Shown here piece by piece: positions 19,093 through 30,162 of a DNA stretch of 61,910 nucleotides. Within the stretch, counting starts at the first letter, position 1. Each line of letters begins with the position of its first letter. The notes below the pieces were generated by a model, which saw only the letters and a list, made by a program, of their open reading frames with translations, was not told the DNA's origin and searched no databases. The DNA comes from Desulfurococcales archaeon (lineage in GTDB: Archaea; Thermoproteota; Thermoprotei_A; Sulfolobales; Desulfurococcaceae), in assembly GCA_021163115.1 (NCBI GenBank), contig JAGGXK010000099.1, positions 1 through 61,910 of the forward strand. The letters are read 5' to 3'. The position numbers and the translations under genes were made by a program.

Positions 19093-20607
19093 ATGAGTGA
19101 AAAAAGAGTGTTTATGAGAAGAATTGATAAAATAACTAGAACAATTAAAGCTTCATTTAAGGAGGTATGGGGATATACTACTGGTAAAGTAGGCATCATA
19201 CTATTATTTACACTAATAAGTATATCGATCTATGCAGTACTAACCATGCCTCCAAGATACGGCGATCTTGTATGGTTTAACCCAACTTACTGGGAAGAGA
19301 ATCCACAACTTGTTCCACCTGAATGGGTCAGCGTGTTTGGTGTAGAGTATGCAAAACAAGCATCAGCAAATATTGAGTATCCATTCAATGTAACAAGAGA
19401 TCCAAGGACGAGGTACTGGTCTATAGAATTTAAGTATAGCTACGAGCTTGATGCAAAAGCTACTCCTCAAGGTATACTAATCAAAGTTTATGGTATTAAG
19501 GTCGCAAAATACGGAGACAACATATACCTGCCAATTATAGAAGCATACGTAATAAGACCTGATAACTTACGCGTAATGCTTGCCCAAATAACTCTTTCAA
19601 CAGAGGGTGTAAACAAGACTGTTGATCGAATATACGTTGATTCTCCGTATCTTGTTAGAATAGATTTTACTAGATTAGCTGTAGAGTTGGCAAATAAGTT
19701 ATCTCCAGTATACAATATTACATTAAGACCTGACGATATTAGCCACTTAGAGCTAAGTTATCTCTTTGGAAAACCAGTTATGATCGGTAATGAGACTCAT
19801 CCGGAGTCCTTAGAAGGTACATATACTATTGTTGTGAAGTTCATGTACCCTCCATTCCTTACTAATCCAAGAGATGCTATAAAGATGGTAAGATTTGTTG
19901 TAAAGGGTACGGCCTACGGGTTTATGGGTACTGATATAAGAGGAAGAGATCTAGCTCAGGGACTACTTTATGGCTTCCCTGTGGCAATGGTTATCGGTGT
20001 AGTTGTTGCAGCGATCTCGGTGCTTATAGGAGTGTTTATGGGTATAATAAGCGGTTACTATGGCGGCCTTATTGATGAGGGTATTCAGAGATTGATAGAT
20101 GTGTTGGGTAATATACCACTATTGCCTATACTAGTTCTAATAGGTGCTATAGCCCAACAAATGTTTACAGAACCTGTTCAAAGACTGGGATTAATACTGC
20201 TTGTACTAATAGTGTTTGGATGGGGAGGCTTAGCTATAGTTGTCCGTTCAATGACGCTAAGTATTAAAGAGGAGGCATACATCGAAGCTGCTAGAGCTCT
20301 TGGTGCAGGGAATAGAAGGATAATATTCAAGCATGTATTGCCTCAGATAATCCCGTACGCAGTAGCAAGTATGGTGTTCAGTGTACCCTCAGCCATATTG
20401 ACTGAGGCGGGCTTAAGTGTACTAGGTATAAGGCATGGCATGCCAACATGGGGTGCTATACTGGCTGATGCCAGGAACCTTGGGAGACTTGATGTATGGT
20501 GGTGGATAGTGCCGCCGGGCCTATTAATATCGATAACGTCTCTAACATTCGTACTACTTGGAATGGCTATAGAGAGAATAGTTGAACCAAGGCTTAGAAC
20601 AGCATAA
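19093..20607 (+). CDS. ABC transporter permease (OppC/DppC-like) with a long insertion after TM1
   Basis: The C-terminal 220 aa are typical OppC (EAARALGAGNRRIIFKHVLPQI). Residues ~60-290 are an extra non-TM region. Confidence 0.9.
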   Translation: MSEKRVFMRRIDKITRTIKASFKEVWGYTTGKVGIILLFTLISISIYAVLTMPPRYGDLVWFNPTYWEENPQLVPPEWVSVFGVEYAKQASANIEYPFNVTRDPRTRYWSIEFKYSYELDAKATPQGILIKVYGIKVAKYGDNIYLPIIEAYVIRPDNLRVMLAQITLSTEGVNKTVDRIYVDSPYLVRIDFTRLAVELANKLSPVYNITLRPDDISHLELSYLFGKPVMIGNETHPESLEGTYTIVVKFMYPPFLTNPRDAIKMVRFVVKGTAYGFMGTDIRGRDLAQGLLYGFPVAMVIGVVVAAISVLIGVFMGIISGYYGGLIDEGIQRLIDVLGNIPLLPILVLIGAIAQQMFTEPVQRLGLILLVLIVFGWGGLAIVVRSMTLSIKEEAYIEAARALGAGNRRIIFKHVLPQIIPYAVASMVFSVPSAILTEAGLSVLGIRHGMPTWGAILADARNLGRLDVWWWIVPPGLLISITSLTFVLLGMAIERIVEPRLRTA

Positions 20608-20609
20608 AA

Positions 20610-21653
20610 CTAGGGTTTTCCAATATATTTCCCAATATAGATTCCATCCCTATTATTTACTATCCTAACTAATACTTCAGCATACTTTCCTCTGTAGCCA
20701 GCAATAGTCACTAGTCTATCATGTTCCAAAGATATGCCAAGATATTCCCCCCTTAACCATCCCCTACCGATAACTCTTACTCCAACAATATCTCCTACGT
20801 CCATAACAATAGGTATTCGAGGCAGATACCGCATCCCCCACTCCTTCATACTCCAATGTAGCCTCACACCAAGTCTCCTCTCAAGATGCTCAATATACTT
20901 CCAGAAAGTTCTCCAAGATACAGGTCTTATTCCTTCTACCTTTCTGCCATACTTGTGGATATTGTATTTTTGAATAGTTACAGGAGGCCATTTCTTACCA
21001 GCACCAATACGTATAGCCCACTTTATAACTTCCTCAACATCTTTATCGTTTATCCCAGGAATCCATATAGGTGTTACATGGAGATCAATGTTTGTCTCTC
21101 TAGCAACGTATTCGGCGATCTTGATAACCCTGTCTAAGTCAAACCAGGGCATGCCCTGTAAAAACTTAGCTTTTTCTGGACTAAGTGTGTCAATACTAAG
21201 GTTTATTCTACTAAGACCTGCTTCCTCAAGTTTATTGACGAGCTTATAAGATAGGAGAGCTCCATGGGTCTCCACTGCAACACTCCTTATATATGGTATG
21301 GAACGAAGCTCTCTAATTAATTCAATAAGATAGGGATAAGTTAGCGGATCGCCTATGGTATCTATTAAGGCCTCCAGCCCTCCCCCCTTATACCTAGCTG
21401 CATAAAGTACTCCATTAACTAGGATAGCTGGTTTAACAATATATTCTGCCCATCGATGTATGCTATATGGCCCAGCATCTACGCTACAGAATATACAGTT
21501 TAATGGACAGATAGTTGTTGGTCTAACCTGGAGAACATTTGTTCCTCTATCAATTATTCCAAAGGCTATAAATCCATAAGCAGGGATATCTCCTTCTACA
21601 CTGTACACTATCTTATCAGATACCCTATATCTCCCAATAACTCTTAAGGACAA
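20610..21653 (-). CDS. radical SAM protein
   Basis: CPLNCIFCS (CxxxCxxC) at residues ~49-57 and a TIM-barrel-like remainder. Specific function unknown. Confidence 0.8.
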   Translation of the reverse strand: MSLRVIGRYRVSDKIVYSVEGDIPAYGFIAFGIIDRGTNVLQVRPTTICPLNCIFCSVDAGPYSIHRWAEYIVKPAILVNGVLYAARYKGGGLEALIDTIGDPLTYPYLIELIRELRSIPYIRSVAVETHGALLSYKLVNKLEEAGLSRINLSIDTLSPEKAKFLQGMPWFDLDRVIKIAEYVARETNIDLHVTPIWIPGINDKDVEEVIKWAIRIGAGKKWPPVTIQKYNIHKYGRKVEGIRPVSWRTFWKYIEHLERRLGVRLHWSMKEWGMRYLPRIPIVMDVGDIVGVRVIGRGWLRGEYLGISLEHDRLVTIAGYRGKYAEVLVRIVNNRDGIYIGKYIGKP

Positions 21654-22186
21654 GATATTCTCCTCAATAACCCTCTATAGTCTATTATATTAACTCTCTT
21701 AATTAGCGACGATGGATTACTGATACCTACTATGTAAAGAAATATGGTTCTAATAATGTCCCTTTCATCAATAAGCCTTCCAGTACTTACAGGTATCCAG
21801 TCAGGAATTGGAAAGTCTATGGTAACGATCCTTGTACCTATTTTAAGTTCTTTTTCAAGCTTTGGTGAAAGAGCCTCATTAATCATTCTATATAGATACA
21901 TATACACTACAGTAGCTTGGCCAAGGTAGGTATTAAAGAAGTCTCCCTCTATTATACTGATTTTGTCTTCCAGCTTCTTCTCCTTAATAGTGACTCTAGC
22001 AAGCTCACATAAAAAAGGATCCATTTCTACACCAACCGCGTATGCTCCATGTTTTGCAGCTTCAATTAAGACCCTACCATCCCCTGATCCTAGGTCATAT
22101 AGTATATCCCCTTCCTTAACACAGGCAAGCTCTAAAGCCTTCTTTATGACCCGGTGTGGAGACGGTATATATGGTGTATAAGACAA
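21644..22186 (-). CDS. class I SAM-dependent methyltransferase
   Basis: Motif I LYDLGSGDGRVLIEAA, then VGVEMD. It overlaps the downstream radical SAM gene by 10 nt. Confidence 0.8.
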   Translation of the reverse strand: MSYTPYIPSPHRVIKKALELACVKEGDILYDLGSGDGRVLIEAAKHGAYAVGVEMDPFLCELARVTIKEKKLEDKISIIEGDFFNTYLGQATVVYMYLYRMINEALSPKLEKELKIGTRIVTIDFPIPDWIPVSTGRLIDERDIIRTIFLYIVGISNPSSLIKRVNIIDYRGLLRRISCP

Positions 22187-22369
22187 CTATAAACCCCTAT
22201 CAGCTCCTGGCACAGCTTATAGGGCTGTATCTTAATAAATTAGAGATACTATGATAACATTAAAATATTTGCTTCACAAATCTTTATGAAGCGGAAAAAT
22301 GGTTTCCGCAAACATCATGTAAACTAAAATAAGAGGTGTCCACAGAGTATCCATAGTCCTAGGATAGGG

Positions 22370-23350
22370 GTGTTTCCGGTTTTGGCTAGTGAAGCCCTAT
22401 TAGAAGTAAAGGATGTTAAAACCTACTTCTATACAACAACAGGTGTGGTGAAAGCTGTTGATGGAGTATCATTTACTCTTAATAAAGGAGAAGTGCTTGG
22501 TATAGCAGGGGAGTCTGGCTGTGGCAAATCAACTCTAGCATATTCTATCATAAGGCTCGTCCCCCCTCCAGGGAAAATAGTTTCTGGTGAAATATATTTT
22601 GAAGGAAGGAATGTATTAAAATTAAGTGATGAATCTTTTAGGAAGGAGATAAGATGGAAGAAGATATCAATGGTTTTCCAGGGAGCAATGAATGCATTAA
22701 ACCCTGTATACACTGTTGGTGATCAGATAGCTGAGGTACTTATATTACATAAGGGTTTGACAAAAAAGGAAGCATATAATAAAGTCTATGAATTGTTATC
22801 ACTAGTGGGTATAGACCCTAAGAGAGCTCATAGCTATCCTCATGAACTTAGTGGTGGTATGAAGCAAAGAGTAATGATTGCTATGGCGCTGGCTTTAAAT
22901 CCACCACTAGTTATAGCTGATGAGCCTACAACAGCTCTTGATGTAGTTGTCCAGGCACAAATAATGAATTTATTGAAAAAGCTTCAGAAAGAATTAAGGA
23001 TGTCAATAATCCTTATAACACACGATCTAAGCCTTATAGCAGAGATAGCTGATAAAGTAGCTATACTCTATGCAGGAAAACTTGTTGAATATGGTACAGC
23101 TAAACAGATATATTATAATCCCCAGCACCCCTATACAAAAGGCTTGCTAGCAAGCATACCAAGGCTTAAGGGAGAGATAACAAAGCTTGAATGGATACCT
23201 GGAGTACCCCCGGATCTAAGGTTTCCGCCGCCGGGCTGTAGGTTTGAGCCAAGATGTAAGTATAGGATGCCTAAGTGTAAGGAAGAACCCCCAATTATAG
23301 AGATTGAGCCAGGTCATTATGTAGCATGCTGGCTCTATGCTAAGAAGTAG
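22370..23350 (+). CDS. ABC transporter ATP-binding protein (OppD/DppD-like)
   Basis: Walker [10 protein letters not shown], signature LSGGMKQR, Walker [12 protein letters not shown], and an Opp C-terminal domain with [10 protein letters not shown]. Confidence 0.9.
   Translation: MFPVLASEALLEVKDVKTYFYTTTGVVKAVDGVSFTLNKGEVLGIAGESGCGKSTLAYSIIRLVPPPGKIVSGEIYFEGRNVLKLSDESFRKEIRWKKISMVFQGAMNALNPVYTVGDQIAEVLILHKGLTKKEAYNKVYELLSLVGIDPKRAHSYPHELSGGMKQRVMIAMALALNPPLVIADEPTTALDVVVQAQIMNLLKKLQKELRMSIILITHDLSLIAEIADKVAILYAGKLVEYGTAKQIYYNPQHPYTKGLLASIPRLKGEITKLEWIPGVPPDLRFPPPGCRFEPRCKYRMPKCKEEPPIIEIEPGHYVACWLYAKK
23295..23343 (+). repeat. 49-nt 3'-terminal coding repeat, copy 1
   Basis: Hand alignment gives 48/49 identity with 24448-24496. 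Confidence 0.85.
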
Positions 23351-23366
23351 GGAGGTGTAGAACAAA

Positions 23367-24503
23367 GTGTCTAACTCCGGGTCTCTTCCTGAAAACATAT
23401 TCCGTGTAGAACCCAATTCTAAGACAGTACTCTATGTTAAGGATCTAAAGACCTATTTCCCCTTAAGAAGAACGCTTACCGAGATAATAACCTTTAAGCC
23501 AAGGAGATATGTTAAGGCTGTTGACGGGATCTCCTTTATGGTTGAGGAAGGAGACGTATTTGGTTTAGCTGGAGAATCTGGTTGTGGTAAGACAACAACA
23601 GGTAAGACAATACTTAGGCTTGTTGATCCTACCTCGGGAGTAATTTCTTATAGACCTAGGAAGCAATTGCTGGAGGAATGGCGTGAACAGGGTTTTGAAC
23701 CCTCGGTTGTTGATAAACTTGGCAATATAGACGTTGCAGCTATTCCTAGGAAACGTTTAAAGCCTTTAAGGAAAGAGATGCAGATGATCTTCCAAGACCC
23801 CTATGGAAGCCTCAACCCTCGTTTCACTATATACAATATACTTGAGGAGCCATTGATAATACATGATATAGGAGAGACTAAGGAAGAGAGATATGATATT
23901 ATAGCAAAAGCTCTTGAGGAGGTCAAGCTTACTCCTCCCGAGGAATTCATGTTCCGTTACCCACACATGCTAAGTGGTGGGCAGAGACAAAGAATTGTTG
24001 TAGCCCGTGCACTCATCCTTGGGCCAAAGTTTATAGTAGCTGATGAGCCTGTTTCAATGCTTGATGTCTCTATTAGAGCAGAAATACTTGAACTATTAAT
24101 GGAGCTAAAGAATAAGATGAATTTAACATACATATTCATATCCCACGATCTTGCAGTATCTAGGTATATTACCAACAAGATTGCGATAATGTATCTAGGA
24201 AAAATAGTTGAAATGGGGGAGACACGTAAGGTTATAGAGAACCCGCTACATCCTTATACAAAGGCATTGATAGAGGCTATACCAGAGCCTGATCCAAAGA
24301 ATAAGGAAAGAATAAGAGCTGTTCCTATTAAGGGAGAAGTACCAAGTGCAATAAATATTCCGCCAGGCTGTAGGTTCCACCCAAGATGTGTAGCGCTTGA
24401 TGAGCATAAGGAACTAAGAAGTCTATGTACACAAAAGATCCCGCCACTTATAGAGATTGAGCCGGGTCATTATGTAGCATGCTGGCTCTATGCTAAAAGA
24501 TAA
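23367..24503 (+). CDS. ABC transporter ATP-binding protein (OppF/DppF-like)
   Basis: GESGCGKTT, LSGGQRQR, IVADEPVSMLD and PPGCRFHPRC. Confidence 0.9.
   Translation: MSNSGSLPENIFRVEPNSKTVLYVKDLKTYFPLRRTLTEIITFKPRRYVKAVDGISFMVEEGDVFGLAGESGCGKTTTGKTILRLVDPTSGVISYRPRKQLLEEWREQGFEPSVVDKLGNIDVAAIPRKRLKPLRKEMQMIFQDPYGSLNPRFTIYNILEEPLIIHDIGETKEERYDIIAKALEEVKLTPPEEFMFRYPHMLSGGQRQRIVVARALILGPKFIVADEPVSMLDVSIRAEILELLMELKNKMNLTYIFISHDLAVSRYITNKIAIMYLGKIVEMGETRKVIENPLHPYTKALIEAIPEPDPKNKERIRAVPIKGEVPSAINIPPGCRFHPRCVALDEHKELRSLCTQKIPPLIEIEPGHYVACWLYAKR
24448..24496 (+). repeat. 49-nt 3'-terminal coding repeat, copy 2
   Basis: Hand alignment gives 48/49 identity with 23295-23343. Confidence 0.85.
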
Positions 24504-24576
24504 CGTCTTTATTTTCTCTGATATACCATAACTCTATTTAAGGGAATGGTTTGTTTAGGAGAAGAAATAGATATGT

Positions 24577-25647
24577 ATGTGGTGGAATATTTTGAAGCCT
24601 GAGGAAAATACAGGTATAGTTGGCTGGGGTGCATATATTCCTCGCTACCGGCTTCCTCTTAAGGAAATTGTGAGGATCTGGGGATTTAGTGAAGAGACGC
24701 CTAAAGGGTTGAATACTATAGAGAAAGCTGTTGCTGGGAGAGATGAGGATGCTATTACTATGGGTTGGGAGGCAGCACTTAATGCTCTTAAGAGGGCAGG
24801 CATTGATCCAAAGCTTATTGGCGGAGTATGGTTTGGTACAGAGTCAAAGCCTTATGCAGTAAAGCCTTCTGCTACAGTTATAGCTGAAGCACTTGGTATA
24901 ACACCAGATACTATGGCTACAGATCTAGAGTTTGCATGTAGGGCTGCAAGCGAGTCTCTAAGACTAAGTATTGCTGCTGTAGCATCTGGGATGGTGAAAT
25001 ACGGTCTCGTAATAGGTTCTGATACTGCACAAGCAAATCCTGGAGATATACTAGAGTTTACAGCATCATCTGCTGCTGCAGCATTTATTGTAGGGCTTAG
25101 TAAGGAGGCAGTAGCAGTTTTTGAAGCAAGCTATACGTATGTAACGGACACACCAGATTTCTGGAGGAGAGCATATATACCATACCCGCTGCATGGAGAA
25201 GCCTTTACAGGTCAGCCAGCATACTTCCATCATATAGAGAGCGCTGTACGTGGATTGTTTAAGAAAACAGGGCTTAAACCAGATGATTTCGACTATGCAA
25301 TATTCCATCAACCCAACGGTACATTTCCTCTGCGTGTAGCTAAGAGACTAGGTTTCCCTAAGGAGAAGGTATTGCCCGGACTACTAACTCCCTATATAGG
25401 TAACAGCTATAATGCTTCAGCCCTCATAGGATTAGCAAAGGTTCTTGATGAAGCAAAGCCTGGCCAGAGAATATTATTGGCACCATTTGGTAGTGGTGCT
25501 GGAAGCGATGCCTATAGTATAGTTGTTACGGAGAAGGTGCTAGAGAGGCAGGCAAAGGCTCCAAGAGTAGTTGACTATCTTAATAGGAAGAAAATAATAG
25601 ATTATGCTCTCTATGCAAAGTATCGTAATATAATAAAGAAGATCTAG
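24577..25647 (+). CDS. hydroxymethylglutaryl-CoA synthase (archaeal type)
   Basis: [12 protein letters not shown]-terminus, a thiolase-fold condensing-enzyme pattern ([10 protein letters not shown] active-site Cys region) and mevalonate gene neighbours. Confidence 0.85.
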   Translation: MWWNILKPEENTGIVGWGAYIPRYRLPLKEIVRIWGFSEETPKGLNTIEKAVAGRDEDAITMGWEAALNALKRAGIDPKLIGGVWFGTESKPYAVKPSATVIAEALGITPDTMATDLEFACRAASESLRLSIAAVASGMVKYGLVIGSDTAQANPGDILEFTASSAAAAFIVGLSKEAVAVFEASYTYVTDTPDFWRRAYIPYPLHGEAFTGQPAYFHHIESAVRGLFKKTGLKPDDFDYAIFHQPNGTFPLRVAKRLGFPKEKVLPGLLTPYIGNSYNASALIGLAKVLDEAKPGQRILLAPFGSGAGSDAYSIVVTEKVLERQAKAPRVVDYLNRKKIIDYALYAKYRNIIKKI

Positions 25648-26070
25648 GTGGCGGTCATGAAGTACTCTATAGCTAGGTATTGGAGAGAAAGACACTCTCA
25701 TTATAGATTAAAGGCTGTTAGATGTCTAGACTGTAATAGAGTAAACTATCCGCCATCAACTATATGCCGTTACTGTGGTTCAAAGAACCTAGAGGAGATA
25801 GAATTATTCGAGCAAGCCAGGCTCCTAACATGGTCAGTAATACATGCTGCCACCGAAGGATTTGAAGACTATAAACCAATAATAATAGCCATTGTAGAGC
25901 TTGTAGATAGTAAGGTAAAGATACTTACACAACTAACAGATATCGATCTCGATGAGATAAAGCCAGGAATGCTCTTAGAACCAGTGCTTCGTAGAGTTTC
26001 CGAAGATGATGCGACAGGGATTATACAATATGCCATAAAGTATAGACCAGTACTAAAGCGGGGAGATTAA
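25648..26070 (+). CDS. DUF35 OB-fold/zinc-ribbon protein (thiolase/HMG-CoA synthase partner)
   Basis: [20 protein letters not shown] zinc ribbon followed by an OB-fold-like segment. GTG start directly abuts the upstream stop. Confidence 0.8.
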   Translation: MAVMKYSIARYWRERHSHYRLKAVRCLDCNRVNYPPSTICRYCGSKNLEEIELFEQARLLTWSVIHAATEGFEDYKPIIIAIVELVDSKVKILTQLTDIDLDEIKPGMLLEPVLRRVSEDDATGIIQYAIKYRPVLKRGD

Positions 26071-27308
26071 TGAGTGATCAAAGATATGACATAGAGGAGC
26101 TTATAGAAAAAATAGTAAAGGAGAAAATCCATCTCCATAAAATAGATGGTTTTGTTGATAATGAAAACATAGCTGTTCTTATACGTAGAAAAGCTATTGA
26201 GAGAATAACGGGGGTTATCTTACCGTCTATAGGCTCTACTATAATAGATTTTGTAGAAACAAGGGGTAACATAGAAAACGCTATAGGTGCTGTACAAATA
26301 CCCCTTGGCATTGCAGGACCATTAAGAATTCTGGGAGAGTATGCTAGAGGAGAATACTATATACCCTTGGCGACAACCGAAGGAGCATTAGTAGCTAGTA
26401 TTAACCGGGGAATAAAAGCAGTAAATCTCTCTGGTGGTGTAAAGACAAAGATCTTATTTGATGGTATGACTAGAGCCCCTTTATTCTGGGTACCAGATAT
26501 AGAAACTGCCATAGAGCTTGTCTCTTGGGTTAATAAGCATTTTATGGGATTAAAGAAAGAGGCTGAATCAACTACAAGGCATGGGAAGCTGATTGAAATA
26601 CAACCCTTTATACTGGGCAATAATGTATGGCTTAGGTTTGTCTATGAAACAGGAGATGCTATGGGTATGAACATGGTAACTATTGCAACGGATAAAGCCT
26701 GCAGATATATTGAGGAGAACTTTCCAGGTAAAGTAAGGCTTGTATCCATAAGCGGCAACATGTGTAGCGACAAAAAGCCAGCTATGGTAAACATGTTTCT
26801 TGGAAGAGGGAAAACAGTTGTAGCCGAAGCTATAGTTAAACAGGATGTAGTTAAGGAAGTTCTTAAAACAAGCCCGGAAGCCATTATTGATGTTAATACT
26901 AGGAAGAACTATCTAGGAAGCGTTAGAGCTGGTTCAATAAGCTTTAATGCCCATTATGCAAACATTATAGCTGCAATATTTATTGCAACAGGCCAAGATG
27001 TTGCACAAATTATTGAAAGCAGTATGGGGTACACATGGGCTGAACTAAGAGATAATAACCTCTATATTTCTGTAACCCTTCCAAGCCTAGAAGTAGGTAC
27101 CGTAGGAGGAGGAACGAGGCTACCTACACAATATGAGGCCTTAAGCATACTAGGTGTTGCGGGGGGAGGTAAACCTCCTGGAGTCAACGCGAAAAAATTT
27201 GCTGAGATAGTCGCTGCTACAGTTCTAGCCGGCGAACTAAACTTGCTTGCAGCTCTTAGTACAGGTGAATTAGCTAGAGCTCATATAATATTAGGTAGAC
27301 CTAGGTAA
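26070..27308 (+). CDS. hmgA: hydroxymethylglutaryl-CoA reductase (class I)
   Basis: [32 protein letters not shown] and VGTVGGGT motifs. The start overlaps the upstream stop (TAATG). Confidence 0.9.
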   Translation: MSDQRYDIEELIEKIVKEKIHLHKIDGFVDNENIAVLIRRKAIERITGVILPSIGSTIIDFVETRGNIENAIGAVQIPLGIAGPLRILGEYARGEYYIPLATTEGALVASINRGIKAVNLSGGVKTKILFDGMTRAPLFWVPDIETAIELVSWVNKHFMGLKKEAESTTRHGKLIEIQPFILGNNVWLRFVYETGDAMGMNMVTIATDKACRYIEENFPGKVRLVSISGNMCSDKKPAMVNMFLGRGKTVVAEAIVKQDVVKEVLKTSPEAIIDVNTRKNYLGSVRAGSISFNAHYANIIAAIFIATGQDVAQIIESSMGYTWAELRDNNLYISVTLPSLEVGTVGGGTRLPTQYEALSILGVAGGGKPPGVNAKKFAEIVAATVLAGELNLLAALSTGELARAHIILGRPR

Positions 27309-28871
27309 ACTAACTAATTTTCTTAAAACAAAATATTCTTGTTCAACAACATCCTCTACATAATACCCTATCCTGATCTTATCCCATGGAAGAGTTGAGC
27401 CATAGCTCCAGCCTGTAAACACATATTTTGTTGAGTAATTGTGTTCAGCTAATGCTTTTCTCCATCCACCAAGATCCCCACCATAACGAGCCCATGATAT
27501 AAGCACTGGTGCAATAGATTTATCTGCCAAGGCGATAGATGCTTGAACCCAAGCCCAGTTAACATATAGTGGCCTTGTATCAACAGCTCTTCCAAGCTCA
27601 TTCCTCACATATCTTATAATATTCTTAGCTTTGTCTAACTCAATCATGCCAATCCATTGGAAAGGAGTTTTTGGTTTTGGGATCAATGGATTTACAGTAA
27701 TGGTAACTCTCCTTCCCCGTTGCCTCCCTAGTCTAGCAAGCTCTTTTATAAAGGAAATATTCTCTTTGATACTTGTTATATCCTCCCCCTTTATTCCTAG
27801 AATAAAATACATTTTTAGATCAAAATTCTTCCTAATTATCATAGACAAAGTATCCTTAACAAAATCTCTTCCTCTAAAACACTTACATAGCACCCTCTCA
27901 CCATAACCACTGACATTTTCTGGAGCAACAGTTATTGTTCTTTGTCCAAGTGCTGATACCAGGTCTAATGTAGACTCGCTTATTAGGTCTATTCTCATTG
28001 AAGGAAGAGAGGCTTTATAATTCTCTTTAATAAGGTACTCTAGTAAATAGTGATCATTCTTTGTTGGGAAGAATAGTGAGTAAACAATTATCCTGTTAAC
28101 TCTATTAACTTCTGTTCCTTCACTAATAAGCTTGGTAAGCTTGAATATAGATCTCTGTCTAAAGGGTTTAAATAATCTGCCTTCCATACAAAATCTGCAC
28201 CAGAGAGGACAACCCCTTGACACTTCAAGTAGAAAACCTCTACCATATACAGGCTCCTTGCCTATACCCTGGATCTGGCGTATGGGATAAAATGTGTTAT
28301 CTAGACTGGAAACCCATGTTCTCTCAGCACCACTATTATATCCTGGTACATAGAAGCCTTTTTTACACGCTAATGCCTCTAGGAAACCCCTTGGATCATT
28401 CATGTGTTCCAGCCATGTTCTAAGAATCTCCGGGAGACTATTCTCCACCTCACCTACTATAACTGCATCAACTATATTCTCTAAAGGTACGGGGTTAGCC
28501 ATTGGAGCTGGGCCACCGACAAGTACTATATGTCTCCTCTTATGTCTAAGAACATCTATGCCAGAACCCATAAGGGCTCTTATTAGATTTACATAGTCTG
28601 GTTCATAATGTATACTTGCCAGGATTAGCGGAAAATCTCTTAGAGGTGATCCTGTATCCAAGCTTCTTAATTCATTCAATTTCTTATCTATTAAATCCTG
28701 TGTTAACACAAATCTTTCTACAAATACTTCATCAAAAGAGTTTCCAAGAAAATAGATCATGTGGAATACAAGGCTTGACAAGGCCGCTTCATAAGTGCTT
28801 GGATATAGAATGGCTATCCTAGCCATATCTCTACGTATCTTCTTCCTAGCAATATTTATTTCTTGAACCAC
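27291..28871 (-). CDS. B12-binding-domain radical SAM protein
   Basis: N-terminal Rossmann-like B12-type region, then [16 protein letters not shown] (CxxxCxxC). Confidence 0.8.
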   Translation of the reverse strand: MVQEINIARKKIRRDMARIAILYPSTYEAALSSLVFHMIYFLGNSFDEVFVERFVLTQDLIDKKLNELRSLDTGSPLRDFPLILASIHYEPDYVNLIRALMGSGIDVLRHKRRHIVLVGGPAPMANPVPLENIVDAVIVGEVENSLPEILRTWLEHMNDPRGFLEALACKKGFYVPGYNSGAERTWVSSLDNTFYPIRQIQGIGKEPVYGRGFLLEVSRGCPLWCRFCMEGRLFKPFRQRSIFKLTKLISEGTEVNRVNRIIVYSLFFPTKNDHYLLEYLIKENYKASLPSMRIDLISESTLDLVSALGQRTITVAPENVSGYGERVLCKCFRGRDFVKDTLSMIIRKNFDLKMYFILGIKGEDITSIKENISFIKELARLGRQRGRRVTITVNPLIPKPKTPFQWIGMIELDKAKNIIRYVRNELGRAVDTRPLYVNWAWVQASIALADKSIAPVLISWARYGGDLGGWRKALAEHNYSTKYVFTGWSYGSTLPWDKIRIGYYVEDVVEQEYFVLRKLVSLPRST

Positions 28872-28938
28872 TTATCTCCCACCATAATCCTCTAAATTAA
28901 TTACCTATGACAAACTACATTAAAAGTGGTGGATACTT

Positions 28939-30156
28939 GTGGACCCACGTTTCTCAGACCTGCTTACACCTGCAGTTAAAGCACTTAGAGCGTCTGAAAT
29001 TAGGGAGCTCCTAAAACTTGTGAAGAGAGCTAAGGATATTATTAGTTTTGCTGGTGGAATACCAGATCCAAAATATTTTCCTAGAAAAGAACTAGTAGAG
29101 ATAACAAGGAAGGTTATAGAAGAATATGGCGACTATAGTCTACAATACAGTGAAACTCAGGGGGTAATGGAGCTTAGAGAAGCTTTAGCAGATTTTCTTT
29201 ATAGAGTTCGAGGAATAAAGGCTGATCCAGAGAATATACTAGTAACTACTGGAAGTCAGCAGTCACTAGATATTGTTGCAAGAGCTTTCATAACACCAGG
29301 TAGTAAAGTTATTACGGAGTCACCATCATATCTAGCTGCAATAGGAGTATTCAAGTTAGCTGGAGCTGATCTAGTGGGTATAAAGATGGATGGGAAAGGA
29401 ATGAAGACGTTAGTACTTGAGGAGACTGTAAAGAAGCTTATAGAGCTTAGATGCAAACCTAAGTTCATATACACGATACCTGTTGCTCAGAATCCTGGTG
29501 GCGTAACAATGTCTCTTGAAAGAAAGAAGCATTTACTAGAGATTGCTAGCCAGCATGACCTATTAATCGTGGAGGATGATCCTTACAGCTATTTTGTATT
29601 TGATGAAAACGCCGATATAACAGCATTGAAGGCTCTTGACAAAGAGGATAGAGTTATCTACATAAGTACTTTAAGCAAGATCCTTGCTCCAGGGATAAGG
29701 CTGGGATGGATGGTTATACCTAAGGAGTTGACGAGAAGACTAGAGTTGTTGAAGCAGTATCTAGACTTACATAGTCCAACGTTAAACCAGTACATATTTA
29801 CTGAAGCCTTGAGGACTGGGCTTGTAGAAAAACACATTAAGAAATTAAAGAACGTGTATAAGGTGAAAAGAGATACAATGATCTCTGCAATGGATGAGTA
29901 CTTCCCATCATATACATGGTATAGTAGGCCTATTGGCGGATTCTTTGTATTCACCTATGTATTTAAGAAGAACTTTGATTCAAGGAAATTAATGAATGTA
30001 GCTATAGAGAAGTATAAAGTAGCTTATGTACCAGGACAGGGGTTTCATCCCGATGGAAGTGGAGCAAATAGTATGAGGCTAAGCTTCAGCTACCCTGATC
30101 CAGATACCATTAGAGAAGGTATTAAAAGGCTTGCAAGACTTATTGAAGAAGTCTAG
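28939..30156 (+). CDS. PLP-dependent aminotransferase, class I/II (ARO8/LysN-like)
   Basis: TTGSQQSLD, the DDPY-type region IVEDDPYSYF, and the Schiff-base lysine context STLSKILAPGIRLGW. GTG start. Confidence 0.85.
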   Translation: MDPRFSDLLTPAVKALRASEIRELLKLVKRAKDIISFAGGIPDPKYFPRKELVEITRKVIEEYGDYSLQYSETQGVMELREALADFLYRVRGIKADPENILVTTGSQQSLDIVARAFITPGSKVITESPSYLAAIGVFKLAGADLVGIKMDGKGMKTLVLEETVKKLIELRCKPKFIYTIPVAQNPGGVTMSLERKKHLLEIASQHDLLIVEDDPYSYFVFDENADITALKALDKEDRVIYISTLSKILAPGIRLGWMVIPKELTRRLELLKQYLDLHSPTLNQYIFTEALRTGLVEKHIKKLKNVYKVKRDTMISAMDEYFPSYTWYSRPIGGFFVFTYVFKKNFDSRKLMNVAIEKYKVAYVPGQGFHPDGSGANSMRLSFSYPDPDTIREGIKRLARLIEEV

Positions 30157-30162
30157 AACATC

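Noticed and set aside
22291-22309. Hairpin GCGGAAA-AATGG-TTTCCGC upstream of the OppD-like gene.
   Set aside because: It is real in the sequence but too short to interpret as an operator, terminator or chance structure. It is mentioned only in the context of the split operon.
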